From positions 3,520,001-3,584,000 of the forward strand of contig OZ244070.1 in the NCBI GenBank assembly GCA_965215605.1: a DNA stretch of 64,000 bases, given 5' to 3'. The DNA comes from an uncultured Candidatus Binatia bacterium. GTDB lineage: Bacteria > Desulfobacterota > Binatia > UBA9968 > JAJDTQ01. The translations under genes were made by a program, and so were the position numbers. This document shows positions 18,996 through 27,933 of the stretch, piece by piece (positions within the stretch are counted from its first letter, which is position 1; each line of letters opens with the position of its first letter). Below the pieces are notes generated by a model. That model did no database searches and was not told where the DNA came from. It saw only the letters and a list, made by a program, of their open reading frames with translations.

Positions 18996-21227
18996 CTACG
19001 GTTGTCGCCGGGCCTTCAACGCCCGGACGATTTTCTCCGGCGTGATGGGGAGGTCGTGGATGCGGACTCCGACGGCGTCGGCGACCGCGTTGGCGATGAC
19101 GGCGGGCGGCGGAATGATAGGCGGCTCGCCCACGCCCTTGGCGCCCAGCGGACCCGAGGCGCAGGGATGCTGGATCAGGTACGTCTCCACGGCCGGGGCG
19201 TCCAGCGCGCTGAAGATCTTGTAGTCCAGCAGGTTGGGATTGTCCATCTTCCCGCCGGTGAAGGTGCAGGCCTCGCTCAGCGCCTGTCCGAGCCCCTGCA
19301 TGACCCCTCCCTCGATCTGTCCCCGCACGGACAGGGGATTGACCGCCGTCCCGACATCCTGCACCGCCACGTAGCGAAGGATGCGCACGTGACCCGTCTC
19401 GGCATCCACGGCCACCTCGGCCGCGTGGGCCGCCACCGCCGGGTGGGGGACGAGCCGCGACACGGACTGCGCGCTGACGATGGGTCCGCGCTCGTGCTCC
19501 AGGGCCAGGTGGCCTACCTCGCGCATTGAGACGGAGCGTTCCGGACTGCCCTTGACGAGCACCTTGTTGTCGTCCAGCTCGAGGTCGCCGGGGTCGGCTT
19601 CAAGCTTGTCCGCGGCCACTTGCTGTATCTGCCTCTTCACTTCCCGGGCCGCCAGCAGCACCGCGCTGCCCATGCTCTTCAGGGCCTGGCTGCCGGCGCT
19701 GATGGTGGAATGGGGCGCGAAGTCGGTATCCGCGGTGCGTACGTGCACGTCGTCCAGGGACACTCCCAGCACCTCCGCGGCGATCTGCGCCAGCGAGGTG
19801 CTGGCGCCGCTCAGGTCCACCACCCCCGTGAGGATCCCGATGGTGCCGTCCTCGTTCAGCTTGACGCCGGCGCTGGACGCCATGCCGCCCACCAGCCAGT
19901 GGGCCACGGCCAACCCCCGTCCGATGTTCCCTCCGGCCGGCCTGGGCCGTTCGTTGAGGACCTCCGCCGCCTTGCGGAGCGTCTCTCTGACGTGCACGTC
20001 CTCGAGCCGGGCGCCGGCGGGTGTCTCGTCGCCGTCCTCGAACGCGTTCCGGAGACGCATCTCCACCGGGTCGATGCCCAGCTCGCGGGCGATGATGTCG
20101 ATCTGGGACTCGGAGGCGAACGTGAGCTGCGGACCGGCGGGACCGCGGTAGGCCCCGCAGGTGGGGGTGTTGGTGTAGACGCAGTAGCTGTCGATCCTGA
20201 GGTTGGGTATGCGGTAGGGGCCCGGAGCCCGCACCGCCGCCCCCTGGCTGATCATCACCCCGGAACCGGCCGAGTAGCCGGTTCCCAGCACCAGCTCGAT
20301 TTCCCGGGCGGTGATGGCGCCGTCGAGCCTGACGCCGGTCTTGTAGCGCAGATGGAACGGATGCCTGGGGTTGCTGCCCTGGAAGTCCTCGCCGCGGGTC
20401 ATGACGATGCGGACCGGCTGCCGGGCCTTGCGGGCCAGCGCCACCGCCGCCGGCTCGATGGTGGGCGAAATCTTGCCGCCGAAGCCGCCGCCGATCTCGG
20501 TGGGGATCACCCGGACCTTGGTCATGGGCATCCGCAGGATCTGCGCGATGGCGGCCCGCAGCGGGAACTGGGCCTGGGTGGGGACCCACACGGTAGCCTT
20601 GCCGGAGGCGTCGAATTGCGCCAGCACGGTATGGGGCTCGATGTAGGTCTGGTGCACCATGGGCACGTGAAAGCGGTGCTCGAAGATCCGGTCCGCCTCG
20701 GCGAAGCCGCGCTCCACGTCGCCGCGTACGATCTGCTTGTGGCCGCACACGTTGCCGCCTCGGCCCTCCACGCCCGATTGCGCCCAATAGTCGGCATGGT
20801 CCTCGTGGATCGCCGGTGCGTCCGGCGCCATGGCCTCCGGCCCCGAGGTGACCGCGGGAAGCACCTCGTAGTCCACCTCGATGAGCCGCGCGGCTTCCTC
20901 CGCGGTCTCCTCGTCCACCGCCGCCACGGCCGCGATCCGGTCGCCGACGTAGCGGACCTTGGTGCCGGCGAAGTACGCTTCGTCGCGGACAAAGTTGCCG
21001 TAACGGACGGGCGGCAGGTCGGCCGCGGTGACCACGGCCTTGACGCCCGGGAGCCGTTCGGCCTGCTCGGTGCGGATGGCGGAGATGCGGGCGTGGGGGT
21101 GGGGGCTCCGCACCATCTTGCCGTGAAGGACCCGGCCTCCCGGCGAGACGTCCGCGCCGAACACCGACTGGCCGGTCACCTTTTCGAGAATCTCGACGCG
21201 GGGTAGCTCCTGACCGACGACTTTCAT
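18996..21227 (-). CDS. Xanthine dehydrogenase family molybdopterin-binding subunit (CoxL/XdhB-like)
   Basis: KVTG, RSPHPHA, IGGGFGGK, AYRG, GQIEGGVMQGLG and GAKGVGEPP. Start at ATG 21227 (MKVVGQ). Confidence 0.92.
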   Translation of the reverse strand: MKVVGQELPRVEILEKVTGQSVFGADVSPGGRVLHGKMVRSPHPHARISAIRTEQAERLPGVKAVVTAADLPPVRYGNFVRDEAYFAGTKVRYVGDRIAAVAAVDEETAEEAARLIEVDYEVLPAVTSGPEAMAPDAPAIHEDHADYWAQSGVEGRGGNVCGHKQIVRGDVERGFAEADRIFEHRFHVPMVHQTYIEPHTVLAQFDASGKATVWVPTQAQFPLRAAIAQILRMPMTKVRVIPTEIGGGFGGKISPTIEPAAVALARKARQPVRIVMTRGEDFQGSNPRHPFHLRYKTGVRLDGAITAREIELVLGTGYSAGSGVMISQGAAVRAPGPYRIPNLRIDSYCVYTNTPTCGAYRGPAGPQLTFASESQIDIIARELGIDPVEMRLRNAFEDGDETPAGARLEDVHVRETLRKAAEVLNERPRPAGGNIGRGLAVAHWLVGGMASSAGVKLNEDGTIGILTGVVDLSGASTSLAQIAAEVLGVSLDDVHVRTADTDFAPHSTISAGSQALKSMGSAVLLAAREVKRQIQQVAADKLEADPGDLELDDNKVLVKGSPERSVSMREVGHLALEHERGPIVSAQSVSRLVPHPAVAAHAAEVAVDAETGHVRILRYVAVQDVGTAVNPLSVRGQIEGGVMQGLGQALSEACTFTGGKMDNPNLLDYKIFSALDAPAVETYLIQHPCASGPLGAKGVGEPPIIPPPAVIANAVADAVGVRIHDLPITPEKIVRALKARRQP

Positions 21228-21700
21228 GATTCCTTCGCCGCCTCCATGACCGCCTGGATGATGGTGCCGTAGCCGGTGCAGCGGCACAGGTTGCCGGCAA
21301 TGCCGTGGGAGACCTCCTCGCGCGTGGGCGAGGGGTTCCGGTCCAGCAGGGACTTGCAGGCCATGAGCATGCCCGGAGTGCAGTAGCCGCATTGGGCCGC
21401 GCCCGCGCCCGCGAACGTCCGCTGCAGCGGGTGCAGCTCCTCGCCCTCCGCCAGCCCCTCCACGGTCTCGACGCTCCGTCCGTCCGCTTCCGCGGCGAAG
21501 ATCAGGCAGGCGTCCACGAGCCGGCCGTCCAGGGTCACCGAGCAGGCACCGCATTCTCCTTCGCTGCAACCCTCCTTGGTACCGGTGAGCCCCAGGTCGT
21601 CGCGCAGGAAGTCCAGCAGCGAGCGCGTGGCGGGCACTTCCTCCCGGAAGGACTCGCCGTTCACGGTTACCGTGATCCGGATGCGTTCCGCGGTCATCAT
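21224..21700 (-). CDS. (2Fe-2S)-binding small subunit (CoxS-like)
   Basis: GCSEGECGAC, QCGYCTPG and GNLCRCTGY. Confidence 0.95.
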   Translation of the reverse strand: MMTAERIRITVTVNGESFREEVPATRSLLDFLRDDLGLTGTKEGCSEGECGACSVTLDGRLVDACLIFAAEADGRSVETVEGLAEGEELHPLQRTFAGAGAAQCGYCTPGMLMACKSLLDRNPSPTREEVSHGIAGNLCRCTGYGTIIQAVMEAAKES

Positions 21701-22572
21701 GTCTCGCCTCGCGCGCGTTGAAACGCGCTCTCGACGGCCCGCCGCGTGAGCACCCGGACCATATCCCTCCGATAGCCGGCACTGGCGCGGACGTCGTCGA
21801 TGGGCCGGGCGTCATTGGCGGCGCATTCCGCCACTTCCGCGACGGCGTCTGCGTCGAAGCGGCGGCCTTGGAGACAGTCTTCGGCCGACGCTGCCCGGAG
21901 CGGCGTGGGCCCCACGGCCCCCAGCGCGATGCGCGCGTCCTCGATGATGCCGTCCTCGTCCAGCCGCACGAACGCCGCGCAGTTGACCACCGCGATGTCC
22001 ATGGCGGTGCGGACGCAGCGTTGAAACGAGCTGCCGGCGCGGCCGTGCATGGCGGGGATGTGGACTGACGTCAGGATCTCGCCGATTTCCAGGGCAGTCC
22101 TGCCGGGGCCGAGGAACAGTTGCTCCATGGCCAGCTCCCGGGTTCCGTCCACACGGCGGGCTTCCGCGGTCGCGCCGAGCGCCAGCAGTGGCGTCGCGGT
22201 GTCGGCGGCCGGGGAGGCGTTGGCGAGATTGCCGCCGATGGTGGCGCGGTTGCGGGTCTGGATCGAGCCCACCACTCTCGCGGAATCGGCCAGGGCGCGG
22301 TAGCGGTTGACGATGAGGGAAGAGGCAGCCAGGGTCTCCATCAGGGCCAGGGCGCCGATGCGAATCCCGCCGTCCGAAGGCTCGACCCCATCCATGCCGG
22401 GGATCCGCTTGAGGTCGACCACGGCCTCCGGCTGCGTCTGCCGGCGCTCCATCCTGAGAAAAAGATCCGTCCCTCCGGCCAAGGGAACGGTCTCAGGGTT
22501 CAGCAAGGAAAGGGCCTCTTCGAGGCGGCGCGGAGCGAGGTATCGAAAATGCCTCATGGTTTCGGCGGTCAT
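21697..22572 (-). CDS. FAD-binding medium subunit (CoxM-like)
   Basis: LAGGTDL, QTRNRATIGGNLANASPAAD and PIDDVRAS. Confidence 0.93.
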   Translation of the reverse strand: MTAETMRHFRYLAPRRLEEALSLLNPETVPLAGGTDLFLRMERRQTQPEAVVDLKRIPGMDGVEPSDGGIRIGALALMETLAASSLIVNRYRALADSARVVGSIQTRNRATIGGNLANASPAADTATPLLALGATAEARRVDGTRELAMEQLFLGPGRTALEIGEILTSVHIPAMHGRAGSSFQRCVRTAMDIAVVNCAAFVRLDEDGIIEDARIALGAVGPTPLRAASAEDCLQGRRFDADAVAEVAECAANDARPIDDVRASAGYRRDMVRVLTRRAVESAFQRARGET

Positions 22573-22760
22573 TCATGGCACTTTTTCACGGCGGATGCAA
22601 TTCAGCGGGAGGTGAGAGCCGAGAACCGGGGCGCACGGGTTTCGATCGCTTTTCCGGGAAGCTGGCTCCGCGGAGGGCCTGCCTTGGCGGAGGGGGACCA
22701 TTCTTGATAGCCTCCAGGGTATCAGGACGCGTCGACTCAAAAGGAGGCATAAGAGGATAA

Positions 22761-23321
22761 ATGAACATTGCCACCAACTTCCGGAACAAGGGCTCGGTCG
22801 GGAATGCACTCTGGTACGCGGTTCCCCTTTTGCTGTTCTGCATCCCGACAGCGGCCTACGCGGCGCCGCCTGACCTGCAGACGCCGGCGCCGGTGATCTA
22901 CCTGGCGGACAATCTCGACGAGCAGGACAAGCTGGGGTGGTGCATCGATACCGTGGGGCGGGGGTTCGGTGAGAGGCTGCACGCGCACTCCTGCAAGCCG
23001 CGGGGCGGGGACGTGCAGTTCCGCTACGACAAGGACCCGCGGCGCATCACTTCGGCCACCTTCTCCGGCAAGTGCGCCACGCTGACGTCGCCGGCCGCCG
23101 CGGGCGTTTCCCTCGGGTTGGTGGATTGCTCGAAGGACTCGGCCGCCCAGGACTTCGACTACGACGGCGAGACGATGGAGTTCCGTCCCGGGGCCGACCG
23201 GGCCCTTTGTCTCGTGGCGGGCGCCGCAAGCAGGAGCGCGGGGCCGTTCATGTCCCGTAGTCTGGAGCTGGCTCCGTGCGCTGCCACCGACGCGGCGCGA
23301 AAGCAGTGGCGTATCAAGTGA
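22761..23321 (+). CDS. Secreted ricin-type beta-trefoil lectin-like protein
   Basis: Signal peptide, GWCID, paired Cys and QxF/QxW repeats (VQF, QDF, KQW). Confidence 0.6.
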   Translation: MNIATNFRNKGSVGNALWYAVPLLLFCIPTAAYAAPPDLQTPAPVIYLADNLDEQDKLGWCIDTVGRGFGERLHAHSCKPRGGDVQFRYDKDPRRITSATFSGKCATLTSPAAAGVSLGLVDCSKDSAAQDFDYDGETMEFRPGADRALCLVAGAASRSAGPFMSRSLELAPCAATDAARKQWRIK

Positions 23322-23355
23322 GGCGGCGCTTGGCGCCGCGGGCCGTTGGGGGACC

Positions 23356-24405
23356 ATGACCGAATCGAGGACCGGAATCGGCGGGCGCGGGAGCAGCTAC
23401 AACCCCCGGAACCGTTTCGAACCCCTCGCCTTCGTGCCGGACGGCGCCGCCGCGGGACCCTCCACCCGATTGCTGAAGGATACGTCCCGGTCCATCATCG
23501 CCTACAACGACAGCCCCGACGTGGGCTTCGAGGCCAGCGTCAATCCGTACCGGGGTTGCGAGCACGGCTGCATCTACTGCTACGCCCGTCCCACCCACGA
23601 GTACCTGGGCTTCTCCGCCGGCCTGGACTTCGAGTCCAGGATCCTGGTGAAGGAGGAGGCGCCGGAGCTTCTGAAGAAGGAGCTGGCGTCGCCGCGATGG
23701 AAACCCCAGGTGATCGCGTTGTGCGGCGTCACCGATCCGTATCAGCCCGTGGAGCGGCGCCTCGAGCTCACCCGGGGTTGCCTGAAAGTGCTCGCGGAGT
23801 ACCGGAACCCGGCGGCCGTCGTCACCAAGAACCATCTGGTGACGCGGGACGCGGACCTGCTACGGGAACTGGCGGCCCGGGACGCGGCCGTGGTGTTCAT
23901 CTCGGTGACCACCCTGGACGGGGACCTCTGCGGCCGCATGGAGCCACGGGCCTCTCAGCCTGGTTTGCGCCTCGACGCCATCCGCGCCTTGAGCGAGGCG
24001 GGCATCCCGGTGGGCGTTCTGGTGGCGCCGGTCATCCCCGCCTTGACGGACCATGAGATGCCGGCGATCCTGGCCGCCGCAGCGGAAGCCGGCGCGGGTT
24101 GTGCCGGCTACTCGCTACTTCGCCTTCCGTTCGCCGTCAAGGACCTGTTCGGGCAATGGCTGGAAGAGCACTTCCCCGACCGCAAGGAGAAGGTGCTGAA
24201 CCGCATCAGGGAGGTCCGCGGCGGAAGGCTCAACGACTCCGGCTTCAAGACCCGCATGAAGGGGCAGGGGATCTTCGCCGAGCAGGTGGATTCGCTTTTC
24301 CAGGCCAGTTGCCGGAAGCTGGGGCTGACTCGCCGGTCATGGAATCTGTCGGCGGCTTCGTTCCGGGTCCGAACCGATCAGTTGTCGCTGTTCAGCGATG
24401 ACTGA
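23356..24405 (+). CDS. PA0069 family radical SAM protein
   Basis: NPYRGCEHGCIYCYAR, TDPYQPVE and a C-terminal QLSLF clamp-binding-like motif. Confidence 0.9.
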   Translation: MTESRTGIGGRGSSYNPRNRFEPLAFVPDGAAAGPSTRLLKDTSRSIIAYNDSPDVGFEASVNPYRGCEHGCIYCYARPTHEYLGFSAGLDFESRILVKEEAPELLKKELASPRWKPQVIALCGVTDPYQPVERRLELTRGCLKVLAEYRNPAAVVTKNHLVTRDADLLRELAARDAAVVFISVTTLDGDLCGRMEPRASQPGLRLDAIRALSEAGIPVGVLVAPVIPALTDHEMPAILAAAAEAGAGCAGYSLLRLPFAVKDLFGQWLEEHFPDRKEKVLNRIREVRGGRLNDSGFKTRMKGQGIFAEQVDSLFQASCRKLGLTRRSWNLSAASFRVRTDQLSLFSDD

Positions 24406-24486
24406 CGACCGGAGTGGTATGCCGGGGGGATCGCTTCCACCGGCACGCTTGGCGCGGTTTGCTCCACGGGCGGCGTGGACGCCGGC

Positions 24487-25251
24487 TCAGGGCATCAACT
24501 CGCCGCCGTTCACACCCACCACCTGCCCGGTCATGTAGCTGCTGGCCGGGCTCAGCAGGAACACCGCCAGGTCGGCTACCTCGCTCGGCTCGCCCAGCCG
24601 TCCCATGGGGACGATCCTGGAGCGGTCCGTCTTGCGCTTCTCAAGCGCCTCGCCGGTGAGCCCGCGGCGCCACATGGGCGTGTCGATGGGCCCCGGCGCC
24701 AGCGCGTTGATGCGGATGCCGTGCTCGGCCACCTCGCGGGCCACAGCCTTGGTGAGGGCCGCGATGCCGGCCTTGGCCGCGGAGTAGTGGGACGCCCACT
24801 CCTGGCCCTTGAGCCCGTGCATGGAGGACAGGCTGGCGATGACGCCGAAGCGCGCCTCCATCATCAGCGGCAGCGCCGCGCGTATGCAGTAGAAGGTGCC
24901 GTTCAGATGGACGTCGATCATGCGGGCCCAGTCCGAGTCGCTGATCTCGTGCGCGGGTTTCTGCTGCGAGATCCCGGCCACGTTCATGAGATAGGCCAAG
25001 CTGCCGAACTCGCGGTGGGCCTTGGCGATGGCGTCATTGACCCGATCCGAACGGGTGACGTCCAGCTCCAGGGGCAGGGCGGTACCGCCGTTCGCGGTGA
25101 TGCGCGAGGCCGTCCCCTCCGCCTTGGCCGCGTCCACGTCCGCCACGGCGACTTTGACTCCCTGTTCCCCGAGCTTGAGCGCGATGGCCTGTCCGATTCC
25201 GCTGCCGCCGCCGGTGACGAATGCGCTGTCGCGCTCCATATCCCACTGCAT
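24487..25251 (-). CDS. SDR family oxidoreductase (FabG-like)
   Basis: TGGGSGIG, NVAG, YSAAK and PGPIDT. Confidence 0.92.
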   Translation of the reverse strand: MQWDMERDSAFVTGGGSGIGQAIALKLGEQGVKVAVADVDAAKAEGTASRITANGGTALPLELDVTRSDRVNDAIAKAHREFGSLAYLMNVAGISQQKPAHEISDSDWARMIDVHLNGTFYCIRAALPLMMEARFGVIASLSSMHGLKGQEWASHYSAAKAGIAALTKAVAREVAEHGIRINALAPGPIDTPMWRRGLTGEALEKRKTDRSRIVPMGRLGEPSEVADLAVFLLSPASSYMTGQVVGVNGGELMP

Positions 25252-25398
25252 GACCACCTCCCGTGTTCGTTTGGTTGAGCCGTGGAAACTAACACTTGCC
25301 CAGAGAAGGGGTCAAACGTGCCGTTCTCATGGGTTCGGTCGCGCCTCCCGGGCCGATCTGGTAAACATCACGTCACCCAAATCAAAGGGAGGTTTCCA

Positions 25399-26337
25399 GT
25401 GGAGTATCGCCAGCTTGGAACGTCGGGGGTCCGCGTTTCCGCCATCGGCCTCGGGACCAATCGATTCGGCTCGCCGGCCGTGCCGCAGGATGCGGTGACC
25501 GCCGTCATCGACGCGGCCGCGGACCTCGGCATCAACTTCATCGACACCTCCAACAGCTACCAGGGGGGCCGTTCCGAGGAAACGCTGGGCAATGCCCTGA
25601 AGGGGCGCCGAGATCGTTTCGTGGTGGCCACCAAGTTCTTTTTCCCGACGGGCGAGGGCGCCAACGACCGCGGCACGTCGCGCTACCATCTCATGAACGC
25701 CGTCGAGGGGAGTCTCCGCCGGCTCCGGACCGACCACATCGATGTCTACTACATCCACCGCTGGGACGACGCGACTCCCATAGACGAGACCCTGCGGGCG
25801 CTGGACGACCTGATCCGGCAGGGGAAGGTGCGGTACATCGGCGGGTCGGATTTCGCGTCGTGGCAACTGGCCCATGCCAACGTCCTGGCCGAATTTCGAG
25901 GCTGGACGGCCTTCGCCGTGATGCAGTCCCATTACCACATGCTGGAAAGAGACGTGGAGCGGGAGGTGCTTCCCTATTGCCGGGCCCACGGCGTGGGGTT
26001 CGTGCCCTATTTTCCGTTGGCCGGCGGATTCCTGACCGGAAAGTACGTCAGGGGCGAGAAACCGCCGCCCGGCTCACGCGGCGAGAGCGCTCCCTATGTG
26101 CAGAAGTACATGACCGATGCCAACTACGACGTGGTGGAGCGCCTGAGGGCATGGGCCGAGGCCCGGGGACGGAAGATGAACGAGTTGGCGCAGTGCTGGC
26201 TGTTGGCCCAGCCGCGGGTCTGTTCGGTCATCTCCGGCGCCACCCGTCTGGCACAGGTCCGGGACAACGCCAAGGCGGCGGAATGGGAGCTGACGTCCTC
26301 GGAACTGGCCGAGGTCGACGAGTTGCTGGGAGTGTAG
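25399..26337 (+). CDS. Aldo/keto reductase
   Basis: YRQLG, GINFIDTSNSY, ATK, SLRRLRTDHID and GKVRYIG. GTG start after GGGAGG. Confidence 0.92.
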   Translation: MEYRQLGTSGVRVSAIGLGTNRFGSPAVPQDAVTAVIDAAADLGINFIDTSNSYQGGRSEETLGNALKGRRDRFVVATKFFFPTGEGANDRGTSRYHLMNAVEGSLRRLRTDHIDVYYIHRWDDATPIDETLRALDDLIRQGKVRYIGGSDFASWQLAHANVLAEFRGWTAFAVMQSHYHMLERDVEREVLPYCRAHGVGFVPYFPLAGGFLTGKYVRGEKPPPGSRGESAPYVQKYMTDANYDVVERLRAWAEARGRKMNELAQCWLLAQPRVCSVISGATRLAQVRDNAKAAEWELTSSELAEVDELLGV

Positions 26338-26364
26338 GGAGCGGCAGCGGCGGGCCGCCGCTTG

Positions 26365-26844
26365 TCAGTGCAGGATGCGCACGGCGGGTTTGAGTTCGAT
26401 GACCTCCGCTTCAACCGGGTCCTCGGCCGTCGCGTCGCGCTTTCTTTTCTGAAAGGCTTCGTTCAGCAACAGCACCACCATCCGCCACAGCTCCTGTTTC
26501 TCCACCGGGGCGTGGAGGAAGAGATCGACCCCGGCGGCCAGGCCTCTGCTGTGGTCATGCATGAGGTGACCCGACAGCATCAGGATGATCGGCGTATGCT
26601 GGTGCGCGTCCAGCCTGCGAATGGCGCGGCAGAGATCGAAGCCGTTGAGGGGCCCCTTCAGAAAGCCGTTCACGAGGAAAAGCTGCACGTCCTGTTCCGC
26701 GGTGATTGCCAGCGCCTTGCGCCCCTCCGCGACGCGGATCACCTCGACCGCGTACGACAGCTCTTGTAGATGCCGTGAAAGTATCGTCGCGTGACTGGTG
26801 TAACTGTCCGCTATCAGAATCCTGGGTCGTTCGCTTCGTCTCAT
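26365..26844 (-). CDS. Atypical response regulator (pseudo-receiver)
   Basis: Receiver fold (RILIADS...NGFDLCRAIR...TPIILM...AGVDLFL) with the phospho-Asp replaced by Asn and the Lys by Ala. Confidence 0.75.
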   Translation of the reverse strand: MRRSERPRILIADSYTSHATILSRHLQELSYAVEVIRVAEGRKALAITAEQDVQLFLVNGFLKGPLNGFDLCRAIRRLDAHQHTPIILMLSGHLMHDHSRGLAAGVDLFLHAPVEKQELWRMVVLLLNEAFQKRKRDATAEDPVEAEVIELKPAVRILH

Positions 26845-27076
26845 GGGCTCCTCTTGGTCACCGCACCGGGGATGGGCGTCTCCGGTCAAGGCAGTTTCGA
26901 ATCTGTCCGAGTCGCACGGTTTCCCCTCCTCTCACGGGCCCGAATGCCGCATTCAATTATGCCATTCGAGCAGAGTCAAGACCTGCGCGGGTAAATTTTT
27001 GCGGCCGACGTTTTTATGCTTCGTGGGTGGGTTTGCCGTGGGGCCGACGCGAACGAATCGACCGCGCGCATGTCCC

Positions 27077-27898
27077 TCACGAATCGCGGCCGATTCGTCT
27101 CAGGAAGGTCCTTACGGCGGCGTGGGCGGCTTCCGGATTCGCGAAGAAATAGCTGTGCCGTTCTCCCGGCAGCACCACGAGCTCGGCCCCCGGTATGCCG
27201 TTTTCCAGGATCTCCGAGGAGGTGCGGTGGTTCATGTCGCTGGTGACGTTGCGGTCGTCGTCTCCGACGAGAATCAGGGTAGGGGTGCGGGTCTCGCCGA
27301 GGCGGCTGCTGGTGTCGTGGCCCTGTCTTGCCAGCAGATGGCGGAAGTAGAACTCCACCGGTCCCATGTTGGCCATGCGGACACGCAGGTAGTTCTCCAC
27401 CCGGTCTGGGTGCCGGGCGGCGAACTCGTCGGTGAAGCCCACCAGGATGGAGTGGTCGCGGACGTATTTCTCGTAGCCCCATTCCACCATCTCGGTGGCG
27501 ATCTTCAGGGGGATGCCCTTGGTGTCGGGAAACGACGCCCCGGTGGAGGCCAGGATCAAGGCCTTGATCCGCGAGGGATGGTCCAGGGCCATGAGCTGGG
27601 CCACCCGGCCTCCCATCGAGTGGCCGCAGACGATGGCTTCGGGAGCCTCCAGATGGTCCAGCAACGCCATGGCGTCGTCGGCGAACATCTGCGTCGTGTA
27701 CGGGATGGACGGCTTTCCGGACTGGCCGGTGCCGCGGTAGTCCATGGTGATGACCCGGTGGTCCCGGGAGAACTCAGGCACCTGGTGGATCTTCCACACC
27801 TCTCCGTCGCAGTGGGTCTCGCTGAGGAACAGAAGGGGCTCTCCTTCACCGTGGACTTCGTAGTACAGTTCGATGTCGTTGACGCGAAGCAAGGGCAT
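27077..27898 (-). CDS. Alpha/beta hydrolase (enol-lactone hydrolase-like)
   Basis: YYEVHGEGEP, DYRGTGQS, GHSMGG and PTLILVGDDD. Confidence 0.9.
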   Translation of the reverse strand: MPLLRVNDIELYYEVHGEGEPLLFLSETHCDGEVWKIHQVPEFSRDHRVITMDYRGTGQSGKPSIPYTTQMFADDAMALLDHLEAPEAIVCGHSMGGRVAQLMALDHPSRIKALILASTGASFPDTKGIPLKIATEMVEWGYEKYVRDHSILVGFTDEFAARHPDRVENYLRVRMANMGPVEFYFRHLLARQGHDTSSRLGETRTPTLILVGDDDRNVTSDMNHRTSSEILENGIPGAELVVLPGERHSYFFANPEAAHAAVRTFLRRIGRDS

Positions 27899-27933
27899 GG
27901 GACCTCCTGAAGTTCAGGCGTGGCAGGCGGCGG

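Noticed and set aside
18996-22572. Molybdoenzyme as 4-hydroxybenzoyl-CoA reductase or aerobic CO dehydrogenase
   Set aside because: The FAD subunit lacks the Cys-rich 4Fe-4S insertion of HcrB, and the large subunit has AYRG rather than the AYxCSFR of form I CoxL. The substrate is left unassigned.
22575-22700. Possible Moco riboswitch upstream of the molybdoenzyme operon (CCTCCCG and GAAA segments on the minus strand)
   Set aside because: I could not build the conserved stems or the P1/SD pairing. An Rfam scan would be needed.
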